From Parcubacteria group bacterium Gr01-1014_31 (lineage in GTDB: Bacteria > Patescibacteriota > Patescibacteriia > Buchananbacterales > GWA2-38-13), in the NCBI GenBank assembly GCA_007376135.1, contig VMFR01000003.1:75660-139659 (forward strand): a stretch of 64,000 nucleotides of DNA. The letters are read 5' to 3'. The position numbers were made by a program, and so were the translations under genes. The notes beneath the pieces are model-generated. The model was not told the DNA's origin. It did not search any database and saw nothing but the letters and a program-made list of their open reading frames with translations. Below are positions 47,489 to 56,147 of the stretch, one piece after another; positions within the stretch are counted from its first letter, which is position 1; every line of letters begins with the position of its first letter.

Positions 47489-47517
47489 TTGACACGGTGA
47501 TTTTTTCGCCGTATACT
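47489..47517 (+). promoter_or_regulatory. sigma70-type promoter
   Basis: TTGACA-N17-TATACT. Confidence 0.75.
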
Positions 47518-47676
47518 CGGCGTGGCGCAGCCGTACCTTACAACGTCGGTCCCCTCCAGGGCTAAGTCCAGACGGCTGCCTGGCTTTGGTCCTGGAGGGC
47601 AGGACCCCTGGTCCGGCGGGCGGAGTTGGTCGCCGACTCGCCCCCTCCACTGCTTATCCTTAAGCACGGTGGGAAT

Positions 47677-47814
47677 ATGCACGGCATTTTCCTGCTCGTC
47701 TTCACCTTCGTCCTGGTGAAGCTGTTCTTCCCCGACCTCGGGGGAGAAGTGGAGAGCCTCCTGATGGGGGCTATCGAGACGTTGAAAAACGTCATCGGTA
47801 GCACCCCAGTCTAG
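47677..47814 (+). CDS. 45-aa hydrophobic protein
   Basis: MHGIFLLVFTFVLVKLFFP..; between a promoter and terminator-like hairpins. Confidence 0.55.
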   Translation: MHGIFLLVFTFVLVKLFFPDLGGEVESLLMGAIETLKNVIGSTPV

Positions 47815-47889
47815 GCGACAGAGAGTCTTCTTTCGAAGACTCTCTTCTCCTTGGCACCTTCGCTCGAGGGTATTTTTTTTACGGGAAAA

Positions 47890-48075
47890 TCACTCTACCG
47901 CGTCCAGCTCCTCCAGCGCTCCGTCCAGTCCGTCATCCAGGAGCGCGGGGTCGGGAGTGGCGGACGGTTGCGGCGAGGGAAGGGGCGCCGGCGGGGCGGC
48001 GGGAACGGCGCGCTGGCACCCAGCGGCCGTCAGCGCAAGCGCCGCCGCGAGCATGATGAGCATGTTCTTTTTCAT
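47890..48075 (-). CDS. Small lipoprotein
   Basis: MKK..LTAAGC lipobox, Pro linker, acidic amphipathic tail. Confidence 0.7.
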   Translation of the reverse strand: MKKNMLIMLAAALALTAAGCQRAVPAAPPAPLPSPQPSATPDPALLDDGLDGALEELDAVE

Positions 48076-48077
48076 AC

Positions 48078-49214
48078 CTATTTCAGCGCGGGGGTAATGT
48101 CGCGGATGAAAGTTTGCCAAGCGGCGCGCACTTCAAGGATAATGGCGCGGCGTTGCGTTTTGGTGGTGGCGAGATTGAAGCGTTGTTTTGCCTCTTCTTG
48201 GGCGGTGATGAATTGCGCGACGCGAGCAACCGGCGCGCCGCGTTCCACGAGGTCTTCGGCGCGTTCTTCCAGGTCGTAGAAGCGGAATTTGATTAGGGCG
48301 TAGACCTGCGTCCGCAGGGTCACGCGGCAGTCGTCCTGCTCGTTGGCCGGCAGTTGAGCGCAGGCAGACGCGGCAGCCGTCAGGTCCTCAACGCCAAGAA
48401 TTTTTTTGACGCAAGCGATACGCTTCGGGCCGACCGGAAATTCCCAGCATGCCTGCAGCTGCCGGTAGCGGCTGACACATTGCTCCCGCGCTGTGGTATC
48501 GCCGAGCGTGCGGCACTCCTCGGGCAGGTAGAGGATGGCTTGCTGGCGGGCAAGTTCTGTTTCCGAGAGCCGCAGGCGGCAACTGATGCGTTCCGGCAGC
48601 GCCGGCAGATCGGAGCACAGAAGTTCGATATGGACGGGCGTGAGGGACGGCGTGGGTGAAGGTAATGGTCGGGACGTAGGGGTTGGCCGCGGCTTGTTTC
48701 TGGGGTCGTTACCGCTGCGAATTTCGGTGCGGTCGTCAAAGCCGTCACCATCGGTATCTTTGGCGTTCGGGTTGGTGCCGAGCCGCTGTTCCTCCACGTC
48801 CGATAGTCCGTCCCCGTCGGCGTCGGACGGCGGGATGGGTTGGGAGAGTTGGCACGCCTGTTCGGTCGGCGGCTCGGGCGTTTCGGCCGTGGGACAGTCG
48901 AAGTTCAGCGTGCAGCTACGCTGCTGGCGGACGCCGTCGCAGATCGACCACGCACCGCACTCCCATGTGTCCTCCGTGCACGGCGGGGTGCAGGCTTGCT
49001 GTTCGGCCGGCTTTTGGTCCGTGACGCCGGGGCAGTCGTACGAGAGCGTGCAGCTCCGGGTTTGTGTGCCGTCTGCGCTACAGGCCGACCAATCGCTGCA
49101 AAACCACGTGTCGTTGGCGCAGGCCGGAGAGCCGCCCCCGCCGCTGCCGACCGCTAAAACCGCAGGTGCCGTGGCCAGCAGTGCTGCGGCGGTTATGAGG
49201 AGAGTCTTTCCCAT
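48078..49214 (-). CDS. Secreted Cys-rich protein with TSP1-like and DxDGDG repeats
   Basis: Two W.C..WS.C..Q.RSC repeats, DADGDG/DTDGDG, helical C-terminus. Confidence 0.8.
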   Translation of the reverse strand: MGKTLLITAAALLATAPAVLAVGSGGGGSPACANDTWFCSDWSACSADGTQTRSCTLSYDCPGVTDQKPAEQQACTPPCTEDTWECGAWSICDGVRQQRSCTLNFDCPTAETPEPPTEQACQLSQPIPPSDADGDGLSDVEEQRLGTNPNAKDTDGDGFDDRTEIRSGNDPRNKPRPTPTSRPLPSPTPSLTPVHIELLCSDLPALPERISCRLRLSETELARQQAILYLPEECRTLGDTTAREQCVSRYRQLQACWEFPVGPKRIACVKKILGVEDLTAAASACAQLPANEQDDCRVTLRTQVYALIKFRFYDLEERAEDLVERGAPVARVAQFITAQEEAKQRFNLATTKTQRRAIILEVRAAWQTFIRDITPALK

Positions 49215-49256
49215 AGAACGCCGCCATTGTACCATAGGGGCAGTTTTTCCCGGAAT

Positions 49257-50081
49257 ATGCCTCACTCACGGCCCATCCCCGCGGCAGCCGTCCGCCGCCT
49301 ACGCCGCAAGCTTTTGGCATGGTACCGCCGCCATGGCACGGATTTTTTGTGGCGCCATCGTCCGACCCCGTACCGCGTGCTGGTGGCCGAAGTGATGTTG
49401 CAGCAAACCCAGGTCAGTAGAGTGGAACCAAAGTACCGCGCGTTCCTGCGCCGCTACCCGACCCTGCGCGCGCTGGCGCGCGCAAAAACCCGTGAATTAC
49501 TCACCCTGTGGTCGGGGCTTGGCTACAATCGCCGTGCGCTTGCACTGCGGGATTGCGCCCGCACGGTGGTCGCGCGCCACGGCGGCCGTTTGCCGGACGC
49601 GTTGGTCGCATTGTTGGCGCTGCCGGGCATCGGGTCCTACACCGCCCACGCCATCAACATTTTTGCCCGTAATCGCGACGAGGTCTGCGTGGACACCAAC
49701 GTCCGCCGTGTCCTTATCCACGAGCTTTCGCTTCCCTCGGATTGCCCGCCCGCGCGGGTGGAACAGGTCGCCCTGCAGGTATTGCCGAAAGGACGTTCCC
49801 GCGAGTGGCACAATGCCTTGATGGATTACGGCCGCACGGTCGCGACGGGTCGGGCAACCGGCGTTCGTTCGTCGCCGCGTCGTCCTGAACCGTTCGTCGG
49901 TTCCTCGCGGTATTACCGCGGGAGGCTCATGGCCGCGCTGGTCGGCCGTCCGTTCATGCCGTGGCAAACGCTTGCCCGTCATTTGCGTTTGCCCTTCGCC
50001 AGAGTAAAAAAGATCGCCGCCGGGATGGCGCGCGACGGATTAGTTATTGTCCAGCCCAGCGGGGCAGAGTTGCCGCGCTAG
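49257..50081 (+). CDS. mutY: A/G-specific adenine glycosylase (MutY-like, short form)
   Basis: EVMLQQTQV, WSGLGYNRRA, LPGIGSYTA, VDTNVRRV, ALMDYG. Confidence 0.85.
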   Translation: MPHSRPIPAAAVRRLRRKLLAWYRRHGTDFLWRHRPTPYRVLVAEVMLQQTQVSRVEPKYRAFLRRYPTLRALARAKTRELLTLWSGLGYNRRALALRDCARTVVARHGGRLPDALVALLALPGIGSYTAHAINIFARNRDEVCVDTNVRRVLIHELSLPSDCPPARVEQVALQVLPKGRSREWHNALMDYGRTVATGRATGVRSSPRRPEPFVGSSRYYRGRLMAALVGRPFMPWQTLARHLRLPFARVKKIAAGMARDGLVIVQPSGAELPR

Positions 50082-50818
50082 CTTATCCATCGTTCCACCA
50101 GGAACCCGACCGCGTAGGCGGCGACCGCAGCCGAACCGCCCACCAGCAGCATCTGCAGGCCGCCCCAGTACCATTTCTGTACGGTCAGCCGGCTGCGAGA
50201 GGCGCCGACCGCGAACATCGCGGTGGCGGTCATGACAATCGAGGCTTGGACGGCGGCAACGCCCGATAGGCGCAGAAGGTAGGGGATGAGCGGCACCATG
50301 CCGGCGGCGGCGAAGGCAACGAACGTCGCCAAACCGCGACGGGCGGGGCTTGCCGGGTGGTCTTCAATGACCCCCAATTCCTCGCGCATCATGAAGTCCA
50401 CCCATCGTTTTTTATCAGCGGTGATGGTGCGTGCCGCTTCCTGCAGCAGCGGCGGGGTGAACCCCCAGCGGCGAAAGATCTCCTCCACTTCTTCTTTTTC
50501 CATTTCCGGGAATTTTTCTATCTCCTCGATCTCTCCGAGCCGCTGGCGGCGCTGGTAGTCCACCTCCGAGCGCTGTCCCAGATAGTTGCCCAAGCCCATG
50601 GAGAGGCCATCCGCCAGGAGGTTGGCCAGGCCGAAAATGAGCACCGTGAAGGGCGCCAAGTGGGCGCCTTGGGCGCCGGCGACCACCGCGAACGTGGTCA
50701 CCAGCCCGTCGTTTGCGCCGAAAATAAAGTCGGCCAGGTAGCGGCCGCTGGCGGTGCCCTGGCGTTTGTCGGCCAGCTCGTGCTGCAGCCGAGCGAGTTG
50801 TTTGGCGTGTTTATCCAT
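50078..50818 (-). CDS. VIT1/CCC1 family Fe/Mn transporter
   Basis: IFGANDGLVTTF, ADGLSMGLG.YL, MMREELG. Confidence 0.92.
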   Translation of the reverse strand: MDKHAKQLARLQHELADKRQGTASGRYLADFIFGANDGLVTTFAVVAGAQGAHLAPFTVLIFGLANLLADGLSMGLGNYLGQRSEVDYQRRQRLGEIEEIEKFPEMEKEEVEEIFRRWGFTPPLLQEAARTITADKKRWVDFMMREELGVIEDHPASPARRGLATFVAFAAAGMVPLIPYLLRLSGVAAVQASIVMTATAMFAVGASRSRLTVQKWYWGGLQMLLVGGSAAVAAYAVGFLVERWIS

Positions 50819-50926
50819 GGCGGGACAACGGGAAGGAATGGGGATAGTATAGCCGGTTTTTTTCCGTTGTGCCATGCGGCGGTAAAAAAACGGGGGCGAA
50901 AGCCCCCGTTTTTTTGTCGTCGCGGT

Positions 50927-51199
50927 TTACTGCGCGTTCAATTCCTGTTCGATATCGCCCAACTCCGTATCCAGGTCCGCGGTGCCGACGGCTTCCAGGT
51001 CGGCTTGGATGGCCGCATCCTCATCGGCGTTCGCCGCCGGAGCCCCTGAATCGTCATTCTTTTTTTCCATCACGGCGCCGTTGTCGGTTTCGGTATTGCC
51101 GTTCGCGCTCTCGTCAGCGGCGGGTGCCGCCTGGCGGGTGCAGCCGGCGATGACGAGCGTTGCGGCCGCCGCGAGCAGGAGGTATTTCGAGTACTGCAT
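50927..51199 (-). CDS. Small lipoprotein
   Basis: LVIAGC lipobox, acidic amphipathic tail. Confidence 0.7.
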   Translation of the reverse strand: MQYSKYLLLAAAATLVIAGCTRQAAPAADESANGNTETDNGAVMEKKNDDSGAPAANADEDAAIQADLEAVGTADLDTELGDIEQELNAQ

Positions 51200-51215
51200 A
51201 GTGGGAAAATTAGCG

Positions 51216-51794
51216 TTACGGAGTGGTCGTGGCGGTGGAGGTGCTGGCGCCGTTTCCGCCGGAGGGATTACCGACCCGCAGCCCGCGGATCTGGGTGATG
51301 GCCTTGACCAGGTTGGCATGCGCATCCTTCAAGTCGGTGACGATCCCGCGGATGATGGTCTTGAGTTCCTCAAAGACCGTGCGCGGCGTTTCCGACCCGA
51401 CGAGTTTCTCAAGCTTCGTTTTGGCCTGGGCGACGCCATCCTTGGCTTCCTGCCAGGCGGTTTTTGCCTTGGCGACGTAGGCCTTGGCTTCGGTGGTGTC
51501 CGTTCCCTGCTGGTCGAGCGCCCGGATGCGCGCCTCGATCCGGTCGGTCAGGGTCTTGAGGCGCTCCACGCGGTTTTGCAACCGCTCGGTCATGCGGTTG
51601 AAGTGCCGCCGGACGTTCTGCTGCCGAACCACAGCGAGCTTGGCGCGGACCTCTTCGCGGCGTTCCTGCCGTTCTTCGCGGCGCGTGCCGCCCGGGCCGG
51701 TGGTCGTCGGTGTTTGCGCCAGGACCGGCAGCGCGGATGCCAGAAGCAGCGCGGTTGCGCCGAGTCCGGCGAGTCGGATCGTACAGGTTCGCAT
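51216..51794 (-). CDS. Secreted coiled-coil protein
   Basis: Signal peptide ending VLA-Q, long charged helices. Confidence 0.75.
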   Translation of the reverse strand: MRTCTIRLAGLGATALLLASALPVLAQTPTTTGPGGTRREERQERREEVRAKLAVVRQQNVRRHFNRMTERLQNRVERLKTLTDRIEARIRALDQQGTDTTEAKAYVAKAKTAWQEAKDGVAQAKTKLEKLVGSETPRTVFEELKTIIRGIVTDLKDAHANLVKAITQIRGLRVGNPSGGNGASTSTATTTP

Positions 51795-51884
51795 AGGGTA
51801 CCTCGCTGGGTCAGCGGCTCAGGGGCCGTTGACGATTAGGGGATAATGGGCCCTCGGCGGTTGTGCCGCGTCGGGTGAACGAAA

Positions 51885-52559
51885 TTAACGGTACACCAGG
51901 GTGATGTGGATGGGAAGCTCGTTGCTGACGGGGTTCATCGGGCTACCCTCGTCGTATTTGAAGGAGCCCCAATCGCGGCGGTTGATGGTGACGCTGCCCT
52001 TGAGAGTAACGGAGCCGTCGGCGTTCTCCAGGATGCTGACCGGCGCAGTTACCGGCAAGGTTTTCTCGCGGATGGTCAGGTCGCCGGTCACCAGGTGCTG
52101 CTTGCCGTCCGATTCCGCTTTGGTGACGAAGAACTTCAGGGTCGGGTACTTGGTAACGTCAAAGAACGCGTCGCTCTTGAGGTGGTTGTCGCGGGCGGAA
52201 ATCCCGGTCTCGATGGAACTGGCGTCGATGACCAGCGTGGCGGAAAGTTTAGTGAAGTCGCTCCGGTCAAAGCTGCCCGTAGCCGTCATTTTTGCGAAAC
52301 GCCCGCTGCCATCGTGGAGTTTAGAATCGAAATCGAAGGCAATCTCGCTCGCGGCGGCGTCAATGACCGTCAGCACATCCTTTTTTTCCATGGCCGCCGG
52401 GGTGTCCGAGGCGGACGGGGTGGGGGAGGCGTCTCCGTCGGAAGGTGTGCCCGGGCGCGTGGCCAGCCAGTAGCCGCCGGCCGCCAGCACCAGCAGGATG
52501 ACCACGATCAGCCCGCCGTTCATTTTTTTGCCGCCCGCTGCGGCGTTGAATTGCTCCAT
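51885..52559 (-). CDS. YceI family protein
   Basis: IDASSIETG..RDNHLKS..FFDV..YP, GDLTIR, INRRDWG. Confidence 0.92.
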   Translation of the reverse strand: MEQFNAAAGGKKMNGGLIVVILLVLAAGGYWLATRPGTPSDGDASPTPSASDTPAAMEKKDVLTVIDAAASEIAFDFDSKLHDGSGRFAKMTATGSFDRSDFTKLSATLVIDASSIETGISARDNHLKSDAFFDVTKYPTLKFFVTKAESDGKQHLVTGDLTIREKTLPVTAPVSILENADGSVTLKGSVTINRRDWGSFKYDEGSPMNPVSNELPIHITLVYR

Positions 52560-52708
52560 AGTACAGTAATGAAATTAGTTCTTAGTATGATGATAGTAGT
52601 AGGTGGCAGCTGTTTTGGCAAGGGTGGAACTCCCTTGACGAGCGTAAAAAAAAGTGGCCGGGTAACCGGCCACCGAAGGGAAAGGTGCGGAACTGGTCGC
52701 AGAGCGGT

Positions 52709-53995
52709 TTAGGGTGCCGCCGCGATGTCGGTGCGGAACTGGCGGTCACGGAAGGTGACGCCGTTTGCCAGACGGTAAGCCGTTTGGCGGGCGTTGTCGA
52801 TGCTGTCGCCCAAGGCGACGACGTTAAGCACGCGCCCGCCGGCCGTGCAAAGATCGCCGTTTGTGCCGCGGGCGGTCGCGCCGTGAAATATGAGCCCTTC
52901 GGCCAGCGTGCCATCGGGTTGAAGGCCGCTGATGGGGAGGCCGGTGGTGGGGCCGTGCGTCGTCCCGTAGCCGGGCGCCGCCAGGACGATGCCGACGGCG
53001 GATTGCGGCCGCCAGCGCGGGTAGTAGTTGTAGAGCGTGCCAGTGGCGGCGCCCAGCAGGAGTTCGACCACGTCGCTCTCCAGCCGCGGCAGGGTCACCT
53101 GGGTTTCGGGGTCGCCGAACCGGCAGTTGATCTCCAGGACTTTGGGGCCCTGGTCGGTCAGCATCAGGCCGAAGTACAACGCGCCCACGAACGGGCGCTG
53201 GTCCCGCTGGAGGGCGCGGACCGTCGGCTTCACTATCCGTTCCATGATCTCGTGCTCCAGCGCGGGCGTGACGTCCGGCAGGGGGCTGTACGCGCCCATG
53301 CCGCCCGTGTTGGGTCCCTGGTCGCCGTCGCGCAACCGCTTGAAGTCGCGTGCCGGGCAGAGCGGGACGGCGTGGGTGCCGTCCGTGATAACGGTGAACG
53401 AACACTCGCGGCCCGTCAGGCAGTCCTCGATGATGAGCGAGTTGCCGGCCGGGCCGAAGGCCTGGTCGACCAGGATGCGGTCGATGGCCGCTTCGGCCTC
53501 GGCAATGGTTGCCGCGACCGTCACACCCTTGCCGCCACACAGGCCGTCGGCTTTGACCACGATGGGCGCGCCGTGTTGGCGCACGAACGCCTTGGCCGGA
53601 TGGGAGTGGCTGTAGCGGCGGTAGGCCGCGGTCGGAATGCGATGGCTGGTCAGGAATCCTTTACAGAATCCCTTGCTGACCTCGAGCATGGCCGCGCGCA
53701 GCGACGGGCCAAAAATGAGCAGCCCGTTGCGGCGGAAGGTGTCCGCGATACCTGCGGCGAGCGGTCCCTCGGGGCCGACCACCGTCAGGTCGATGCGCTC
53801 GGTGACGGCCAGTTCCAGCAGGCCGTGGATGTTGTCTGCCGCGATCTCGCGACAGTTGGCGAGGTGAGCGATGCCGGCGTTGCCGGGGGCGCAAAACACT
53901 TTTGCGACCAGCGGGCTGCGGGAAATCGCCCAGCATAAGGCGTGCTCGCGGCCGCCGCCGCCGACCACCAGTATGCGGTACTTGCCTTCGTCCAT
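52709..53995 (-). CDS. purD: Phosphoribosylamine--glycine ligase
   Basis: GGGGREHAL, APGNAG, VGPE, KADGL..GKGV, GPNTGGMG, RFGDPE, GGRVL; SD AAGGAG. Confidence 0.95.
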   Translation of the reverse strand: MDEGKYRILVVGGGGREHALCWAISRSPLVAKVFCAPGNAGIAHLANCREIAADNIHGLLELAVTERIDLTVVGPEGPLAAGIADTFRRNGLLIFGPSLRAAMLEVSKGFCKGFLTSHRIPTAAYRRYSHSHPAKAFVRQHGAPIVVKADGLCGGKGVTVAATIAEAEAAIDRILVDQAFGPAGNSLIIEDCLTGRECSFTVITDGTHAVPLCPARDFKRLRDGDQGPNTGGMGAYSPLPDVTPALEHEIMERIVKPTVRALQRDQRPFVGALYFGLMLTDQGPKVLEINCRFGDPETQVTLPRLESDVVELLLGAATGTLYNYYPRWRPQSAVGIVLAAPGYGTTHGPTTGLPISGLQPDGTLAEGLIFHGATARGTNGDLCTAGGRVLNVVALGDSIDNARQTAYRLANGVTFRDRQFRTDIAAAP

Positions 53996-54137
53996 TTCAG
54001 TTCTCCTTGGGCTGTCCAACAGCTGCCGCGGTACTTCCCGCGACGTATTTGGCACGGGGTGCCAAAACGGCTGCGGGGTGGGTTGTCAAATTGCATGACC
54101 AACATCATCAGTCACCATTGTCGGTGGCCAACTCCCT

Positions 54138-54166
54138 AGGATAGCAGAAAAGACCGTTTTGTTCAA
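54138..54166 (-). promoter_or_regulatory. Putative purD promoter
   Basis: Minus strand TTGAAC-N17-TATCCT. Confidence 0.5.
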
Positions 54167-54303
54167 TCCCCGCGCATCATGGGCCATCGCCGGGGTGGGG
54201 ATGAGTATCGGTTGACACCCATTGATACGTTATGGTTAGATATTTTTTATAACCCGACATCTGGTCTTTCCGTGCAGCCCTTTTGGTGGAAAGGAGGAGA
54301 GAA

Positions 54304-54333
54304 GTGAACAACTTCAACCAGAACAACAACTAG
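54304..54333 (+). other. Micro-ORF MNNFNQNNN
   Basis: AAAGGAGG SD, GTG start, six AAC codons, hairpin and terminator follow. Confidence 0.4.
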
Positions 54334-54363
54334 CCACGAAGAAGCAACGGCTAGATACGTTGG

Positions 54364-54396
54364 GTGGGCAGCCCCAGAGGGCAGCCCACTTTTTTT
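54364..54396 (+). terminator. Intrinsic terminator
   Basis: GTGGGC...GCCCAC followed by T7. Confidence 0.75.
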
Positions 54397-54463
54397 GTCC
54401 GGTTGACGCCGCGCGGGGAGTGAGGTATCCTGCTTTTTCGCCCTTTTCCAAGGAGGTGCTCCG

Positions 54464-54841
54464 ATGGTTGCAAATTTTCGCTGGTTCATTCCCGACCGGC
54501 TGGCCGGCGGGTCAAAACCTTGCTACGAGGAAGATGTGCTGTGGCTGGCCATGACCCGTTTCCGCGCGGTGGTGAGTCTGGAGGACACGAGCGACTTTGT
54601 CGACCGGTTGTTGGCCGAACGCCGGTTCGCCCGCCATCGTTTGCTCATTGAGTTTGACCACACCGACCAGGAGTTGGTCGAGCCAACTGCCGACGAGCTG
54701 GCGGCCGCGCTCGCGTTTATCCGCGATCAGTTGACCGGAAAAAATCCGGTCTATGTGCACTGCAGCGCCGGCATTCGTCGCACGCGCTATTTTATCGACC
54801 GGGTCCTGTCGGTGCTCGCTCCGACCCGTCACGACTCGTGA
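54464..54841 (+). CDS. Dual-specificity/Tyr phosphatase family protein
   Basis: VYVHCSAGIRRT (CX5R); TTGACG-N17-TATCCT promoter at 54403-54431; SD AAGGAGG. Confidence 0.85.
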   Translation: MVANFRWFIPDRLAGGSKPCYEEDVLWLAMTRFRAVVSLEDTSDFVDRLLAERRFARHRLLIEFDHTDQELVEPTADELAAALAFIRDQLTGKNPVYVHCSAGIRRTRYFIDRVLSVLAPTRHDS

Positions 54842-54874
54842 CGCCCCCGCCAGGGCGTCTTTTTTTGGTCGCGA

Positions 54875-55852
54875 TCAGCACGTCCCCGAGTGGTGCCGAT
54901 GAAGGATGCGGCAGACGGCGATAAGGCCGATGATGAATACCACGAGGTAGCTGAACGACAGCCAGCGCAGATTAGAGTTCCGGGCCGCGAACGCCTGCGC
55001 GGCGGGCTGTTGCACCAATACGCCCCAGCCGTGGGTCAGCACCGGTTCGAACGCGGTTACCATCGGTTGTTTGGTGATAGGGTCAGGAATAACGACGACA
55101 TCGTTTTCGCCCCGCGCGAGGCGTTGGGCGACCGGCCAGTCGGACAGGTTGACGATGTCTTGTTGGGGTTGCAAGTAGGGATGGGTAACGACGTTGCCGT
55201 GGTGGTCAAGGATAGCGATGTAGCCGAGGTCGCCGACCTTGATATTTTTGCTCCACTGGAGGAAATATTCTATGTCGATCTGCAGGCCGAGAATTCCCGC
55301 CAGCCGTTGGTCGTTCCCCATGATGGGTACGCCGACCATGACGACGTTGAGTCTCGGTTCTGCCGCGCGCCGGTAGACCTCGGACACGTAGGGGGCGCCG
55401 GCCGCCATGAGGCCGCGGTACCAGTCGCGGTCGGCGAAATTTTTCCCGATGACGTCGGGCAGTTGCGGGTCGTCGGCTTGCAGCGTTCCCGCGGCATCGA
55501 AGAGGAGCGCGCGGTCGATGGGCAGATCATCGGCCAGCGTCCGAAAGATCTCGAGAATGCTTTCGGCATCCTTCCATTGTCCGGTAGTAACCGCGCCCCG
55601 CAGCACCGGGTGGATGGAGAGCGTCAGACCAAGTGTTTTGACGCGGTCGATGCTTTCGTTGAGCGTCTGCGCCGCTGATTGCGCCAACGATTGCCGGCGC
55701 GCCAGCGTCAGGTCTGTCAGTCCGGCGTTGACTCTCCAGAAGCTGAAGACCGCGATCGCCAGTGAAGGCAACAGCAGCGCCGCGATGATGGCAGCGTGGC
55801 GAATGAGGGTGGTGGGCGATTTTTTTCGAGGTGGCGCCTCTAGGTTAGCCAT
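54875..55852 (-). CDS. Membrane-anchored dCache sensor domain protein without output domain
   Basis: TM, NFADRDWYR, PYVSEVY, G.VVTHP, WGVLV, TM, then stop. Confidence 0.8.
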   Translation of the reverse strand: MANLEAPPRKKSPTTLIRHAAIIAALLLPSLAIAVFSFWRVNAGLTDLTLARRQSLAQSAAQTLNESIDRVKTLGLTLSIHPVLRGAVTTGQWKDAESILEIFRTLADDLPIDRALLFDAAGTLQADDPQLPDVIGKNFADRDWYRGLMAAGAPYVSEVYRRAAEPRLNVVMVGVPIMGNDQRLAGILGLQIDIEYFLQWSKNIKVGDLGYIAILDHHGNVVTHPYLQPQQDIVNLSDWPVAQRLARGENDVVVIPDPITKQPMVTAFEPVLTHGWGVLVQQPAAQAFAARNSNLRWLSFSYLVVFIIGLIAVCRILHRHHSGTC

Positions 55853-55985
55853 AACTCCTTTAGTATAATCCTTTTTCGGGCTGCTTGCGGTCGGCCTGGG
55901 GATAGGTGGCTGGCCTTGACTTTCCCGAGCTGCTTTTTATACTAAACCCAAGTATCGGCACCTTCCATCAACCGGAGGGAATCGT

Positions 55986-56027
55986 ATGCGAAACGAGGTC
56001 CTCCTCGAGTTCGGTTCCGGCAGCTAG
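55986..56027 (+). other. Micro-ORF MRNEVLLEFGSGS
   Basis: TTGACT-N16-TATACT at 55916-55943, GGAGG SD, hairpin over the stop, terminator GGGCGGA...TCCGCCC+T. Confidence 0.4.
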
Positions 56028-56147
56028 CCACGGTGGTTGGCTGCCATCCCAAGGTAGGGCGGAGTCTCAGGAAGAGATTTCCGCCCGTTTTTTTATTCCG
56101 CGACCTCCGTCAAGCGTCGGGCGGTGGGGCGACGGGCGGATTCGGGG

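Noticed and set aside
53996-54140. ZTP, guanine or PRPP riboswitch upstream of purD
   Set aside because: Consensus motifs not recognisable by eye; kept only as an unassigned structured leader
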